From positions 420,001-452,000 of the forward strand of contig NC_007681.1 in NCBI RefSeq assembly GCF_000012545.1: 32,000 nt of DNA, written 5' to 3'. Position 1 is the stretch's first letter; every line of letters starts with the position of its first letter. This document shows positions 28,992 through 32,000 of this stretch, one piece after another. A program made the position numbers and the translations under genes. Under the pieces are notes generated by a model. That model had not been told where the DNA came from, searched no databases, and worked only from the letters and a program-made list of their open reading frames with translations. The stretch is from Methanosphaera stadtmanae DSM 3091 (GTDB taxonomy: Archaea > Methanobacteriota > Methanobacteria > Methanobacteriales > Methanobacteriaceae).

Positions 28992-29555
28992 ATGGATATT
29001 TTAACTTTAATTTTTTATTCAATATATTTAATGATTCCAGCATATCTTGCTAATGGTTCTGCATTAGTGTTTGGTGGTGGAACTCCTATGGATTTTGGTC
29101 ATTATTGCTGGGATAATCGTAGATTAATTGGTAATGGTGTCACATGGAGAGGTACTGTTTGTGGTGGCTTGTTTGGAATGGTTATTGGAGGTATTTTAGG
29201 ACTTCTAGCAACTTATGGTATTGGAAGTTATTTTTTTAATATAACTGCCTCACAAATAACATTCATGTCTGGGTTTGTACCTCAAGGATTATTGGTTGGC
29301 TTTTTATTAGGTTTTGGTGCACTTATTGGTGATGCTATTGGTAGCTTTTTAAAAAGAAGATTGAATTTTGAACGTGGAAAACCAGTACCATTACTAGATC
29401 AGTTAGACTTTGTTGTTGTTTCATTATTATTTGTTTCAACAGTTGTTAGTCTAAGTTTGGAAATGATTGTAATAATCATACTTGTAAGTATCTTTTTACA
29501 TCTTGGTGCAAATATGTTTGCATATATGATTAATTTAAAAGATGTATGGTATTAA
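28992..29555 (+). CDS. carS: CDP-archaeol synthase (CarS, DUF46 family)
   Basis: This 187-aa polytopic membrane protein has the motifs [30 protein letters not shown] and [11 protein letters not shown]. Confidence 0.8.
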
Positions 29556-29608
29556 GAAATAAAAATAATGAGAAAAGGATTGATTAGATTCAATCAAATC
29601 ATTTTTTT

Positions 29609-30658
29609 TTAAATGTATTGTATTAATGGAAAATCTTGTGAAATATATTCTTCCACATACATTTGTATGGCGCCTATTGTTGTTATAATACTTGTGGCTT
29701 CTTTTGAAATATATTCATCAATATTAATAATATTTAATCCCAATTGTTTTGCAGCATTTTTACAAATATTTCCATGACCAAAATCAGATATTACTACAGT
29801 ATCAAGTCCAGTTTTTTCAACAACTTTTATTAATCCCGTTAATACTTGATTTACTTGTTTTTTGTATATGTATTGTGCCATGTTGTTGATTGTTTCATCT
29901 GTTAATGAGTCTAAATCAGCACAAACAAGTCTACTTAATCTTCTTTTACATGAAACAATGTCTTTATCCTTATTATCTGGAGTATTGCATGTATATTCTT
30001 CTTGGGTAATATTTCCAAGTATTCTATGAACATCGGCTGTTATTGTAAATAATTCACTACTTACAGAAGTATCTATATTATATATAGGAATACTATGAAC
30101 AATTGTTGCAATATTTGTACGTAACATTCCTGTATACACTAATTCACCAGAACCTAATCTTTCAACATCTGTATGTTTTGCAATGTTTTGTTTATTTATT
30201 ATTGGAATAATATCTGTTGTAGTTGTACCCATATCCATAAAAATACAGTTATTTTTTATGTATTTTATTGCATTGGATGTACCTACCCAGTTAGCTGCAG
30301 CTGCATTTAATGGATTTTCAAGAATATCATCATATGATTTAAGTCCATCAAATGTTACAAATTTAACTATTTTATCATTAAATATAGTCATTACTTTTTT
30401 AGATATGTCTAGAACACCTTCTGTTTTACTCTCATATGAATCTGCTAATTCTGCAGTCATTGTTACACAAACTACATCAATACTATCTAAATCATCTTGT
30501 GATAGTTTTAAAAGACATTCTGGTAATTTATCATTTTCAATCCACATTGGAAGATATTCTTTTGATTTTTTAATAGATTTTATTTGTTTTTCATCGTTTA
30601 TTTCTATGATAGCACAATCTGTATTTGCTCCACCAATATCTAATCCCATTATTTTCAT
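29609..30658 (-). CDS. Hydantoinase A/ASKHA-fold protein of the 'H4MPT-linked C1 transfer pathway' family, a candidate for the methanofuran enzyme MfnF
   Basis: The N-terminal phosphate-1 motif is MGLDIGGANTD and a second ASKHA motif is FMDMGTTTTD. The protein is 349 aa and sits next to an ATP-grasp gene. Confidence 0.5.
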   Translation of the reverse strand: MKIMGLDIGGANTDCAIIEINDEKQIKSIKKSKEYLPMWIENDKLPECLLKLSQDDLDSIDVVCVTMTAELADSYESKTEGVLDISKKVMTIFNDKIVKFVTFDGLKSYDDILENPLNAAAANWVGTSNAIKYIKNNCIFMDMGTTTTDIIPIINKQNIAKHTDVERLGSGELVYTGMLRTNIATIVHSIPIYNIDTSVSSELFTITADVHRILGNITQEEYTCNTPDNKDKDIVSCKRRLSRLVCADLDSLTDETINNMAQYIYKKQVNQVLTGLIKVVEKTGLDTVVISDFGHGNICKNAAKQLGLNIINIDEYISKEATSIITTIGAIQMYVEEYISQDFPLIQYI

Positions 30659-30682
30659 AGTTTCATCTTCATTACTTTTTTG

Positions 30683-31669
30683 TTATTTATAGAATGTTCC
30701 ATTATTATTTATTGTAATTTCTCTTTTTTTATCAGCCAATAGAAGTTCTATTATTGTTTGTGTTAAATTTACATTAACAATATTATGCAGTACTATATAT
30801 GGAGTTGTAATGCGTGAATTTATTTCAACAAAATATATTTCATTCTTACTTATAATATAATCAATACCAATAAATCCATATAAACCATTGATACTTTTTA
30901 TAATATCTTTTGAAATATCAATGATTCTTTCTTTAAGTGGATGTTCTATGGGAGTTTTACAACCCATGTATTTTATCTGATTTTTACTCTCAGTAATTTC
31001 CTGTGAATTAATACTGATACATTTAATGTATTTGTTATTACATATTGCACTTATACTGATGGGTGTTCCAACTATGTATTGTTGTATTATTGCAGTTTTT
31101 ATGGAATGTTCTTCATATGTTGTAATTATTTTTTTTAATTCTTCTGTGTTATGTATGTGGTATATTAGATTAGATGATGTTTTATCATCAGGTTTAATTA
31201 TACTATCTTTTAAATCTATGTGTTTATTGATATAATCATAATCTGTCATTGAAACATCTATTTTAAACGATGGTATTTTTCTTATATTCGATGGAACTTC
31301 CATGTATGTTTTATATTTGCTACTACATATATAGGAAGCATTACTTGTTGGTCCAATTAAAAAAACATCATTTTTTTCTAAGATACAAGTAATGTTGTAC
31401 TGAATTAAATCATCCTCAGGAGCAATAAAAATACAACAATCATAATTAGAACAATTATTATCTAACCACTCACATAAATCACAATCAATATAAATAACAT
31501 TAGAATGGGGATATATGTCTATTTTTAAATTTTTATTGAGAAGATATGTAACATCATACTCTTTTATACCATCTAAATCAGAGAGAAGACTTTTTAACAT
31601 GTTAAGTCCCTCTGATATAAGATTATCCTCAAATATTACAGTTGAATACTCAAATACAAGTACTTTCAT
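30683..31669 (-). CDS. ATP-grasp domain protein, a candidate tyramine-L-glutamate ligase MfnD
   Basis: The C-terminal ATP-grasp metal-binding motif is YFVEINSRITTPY. I prefer the ATG at 31669 (MKVLVFEY) over the GTG at 31678 used in the ORF track. Confidence 0.5.
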   Translation of the reverse strand: MKVLVFEYSTVIFEDNLISEGLNMLKSLLSDLDGIKEYDVTYLLNKNLKIDIYPHSNVIYIDCDLCEWLDNNCSNYDCCIFIAPEDDLIQYNITCILEKNDVFLIGPTSNASYICSSKYKTYMEVPSNIRKIPSFKIDVSMTDYDYINKHIDLKDSIIKPDDKTSSNLIYHIHNTEELKKIITTYEEHSIKTAIIQQYIVGTPISISAICNNKYIKCISINSQEITESKNQIKYMGCKTPIEHPLKERIIDISKDIIKSINGLYGFIGIDYIISKNEIYFVEINSRITTPYIVLHNIVNVNLTQTIIELLLADKKREITINNNGTFYK

Positions 31670-31683
31670 AATAAACACTTAAA

Positions 31684-32000
31684 TTATTTTTTCAATATTT
31701 TAATTAACCTACAATCAGCCTTTTTTTCCTGTTCATGTAACATATATTCCTTTTTTAAAAATTCAACAAGTTTGTTTTTTGCATATTCCGAATCCTTAAA
31801 TTTAATATTTTTATACTCCATGTCACTTAATATTAATCCATTAGCAGGTGCTGGTTGTAATCTAATAAATTGTCTTAATTCTTTAGGTTTTAATAATTCA
31901 TTAATATCATTAATATCTAGTTTACCATAACCAACTTCCATAATGGATGTAACCATTTTACGAACCATATTCCAAAGAAAACTCTCACCTACAATAGTAA
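31684..32000 (-). CDS. truA: tRNA pseudouridine synthase A (TruA). The C-terminal part lies in the window and the N-terminus runs off the right edge.
   Basis: The reading frame stays open upstream of the Met chosen by the track. My translation reads ...TIVGESFLWNMVRKMV, the conserved TruA motif. Confidence 0.75.
   Translation of the reverse strand, partial: TIVGESFLWNMVRKMVTSIMEVGYGKLDINDINELLKPKELRQFIRLQPAPANGLILSDMEYKNIKFKDSEYAKNKLVEFLKKEYMLHEQEKKADCRLIKILKK

Noticed and set aside
30183-30692. A 169-aa plus-strand ORF antisense to the hydantoinase-fold gene, and similar long antisense ORFs at 751-1191, 4996-5388, 11852-12352, 25258-25623 and 25880-26185
   Set aside because: Each lies entirely inside a gene with clear family motifs on the opposite strand. 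The translations are low-complexity (rich in L, F, I, S or P), and I saw no convincing SD or promoter. They are most simply by-products of the codon bias of the sense gene. Only ribosome profiling could rescue them.
31670-31678. The GTG start (MFIMKV...) used by the track for the ATP-grasp gene
   Set aside because: An ATG three codons downstream gives the natural N-terminus MKVLVFEY. The GTG lies only 5 nt from the truA stop and has no better SD.

Overview
The window is very AT-rich and densely coding, and looks like the core chromosome of a methanogenic archaeon. A Methanobacteriales genome of the Methanosphaera or Methanobrevibacter type is likely, based on an HMf-type histone, MCM, AglB, CarS, RFAP synthase for methanopterin, candidate methanofuran genes and archaeal tRNAs. 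I call 31 CDS plus two more that run off the window edges and are missed or truncated in the ORF track: a peptidase U32 gene with a TTG start at the left edge and truA at the right edge. There are also two tRNA genes (Phe-GAA and Val-GAC, minus strand) and several oligo-T terminators. I found no CRISPR array, integrase, transposase, toxin-antitoxin pair or recognisable defence island, so most of the window is ordinary housekeeping. The best candidate for an uncharacterised system is the cluster at 25217-26676. It holds a GerW/YtfJ-like protein, a DUF2953/YtfI-like membrane protein and a coupled 75-aa ORF, which resembles a bacterial sporulation gene pair in an organism that does not sporulate. 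Other points worth checking are a roughly 700-bp ORF-free T-skewed spacer upstream of aglB, a histone with acidic substitutions at the tetramer interface, a divergent tetraether-synthase-like radical SAM/CarS lipid pair, a fused DEAH-DUF1998 helicase, and a small PRC-barrel protein. All family assignments come from motif recognition by eye and no searches were run.
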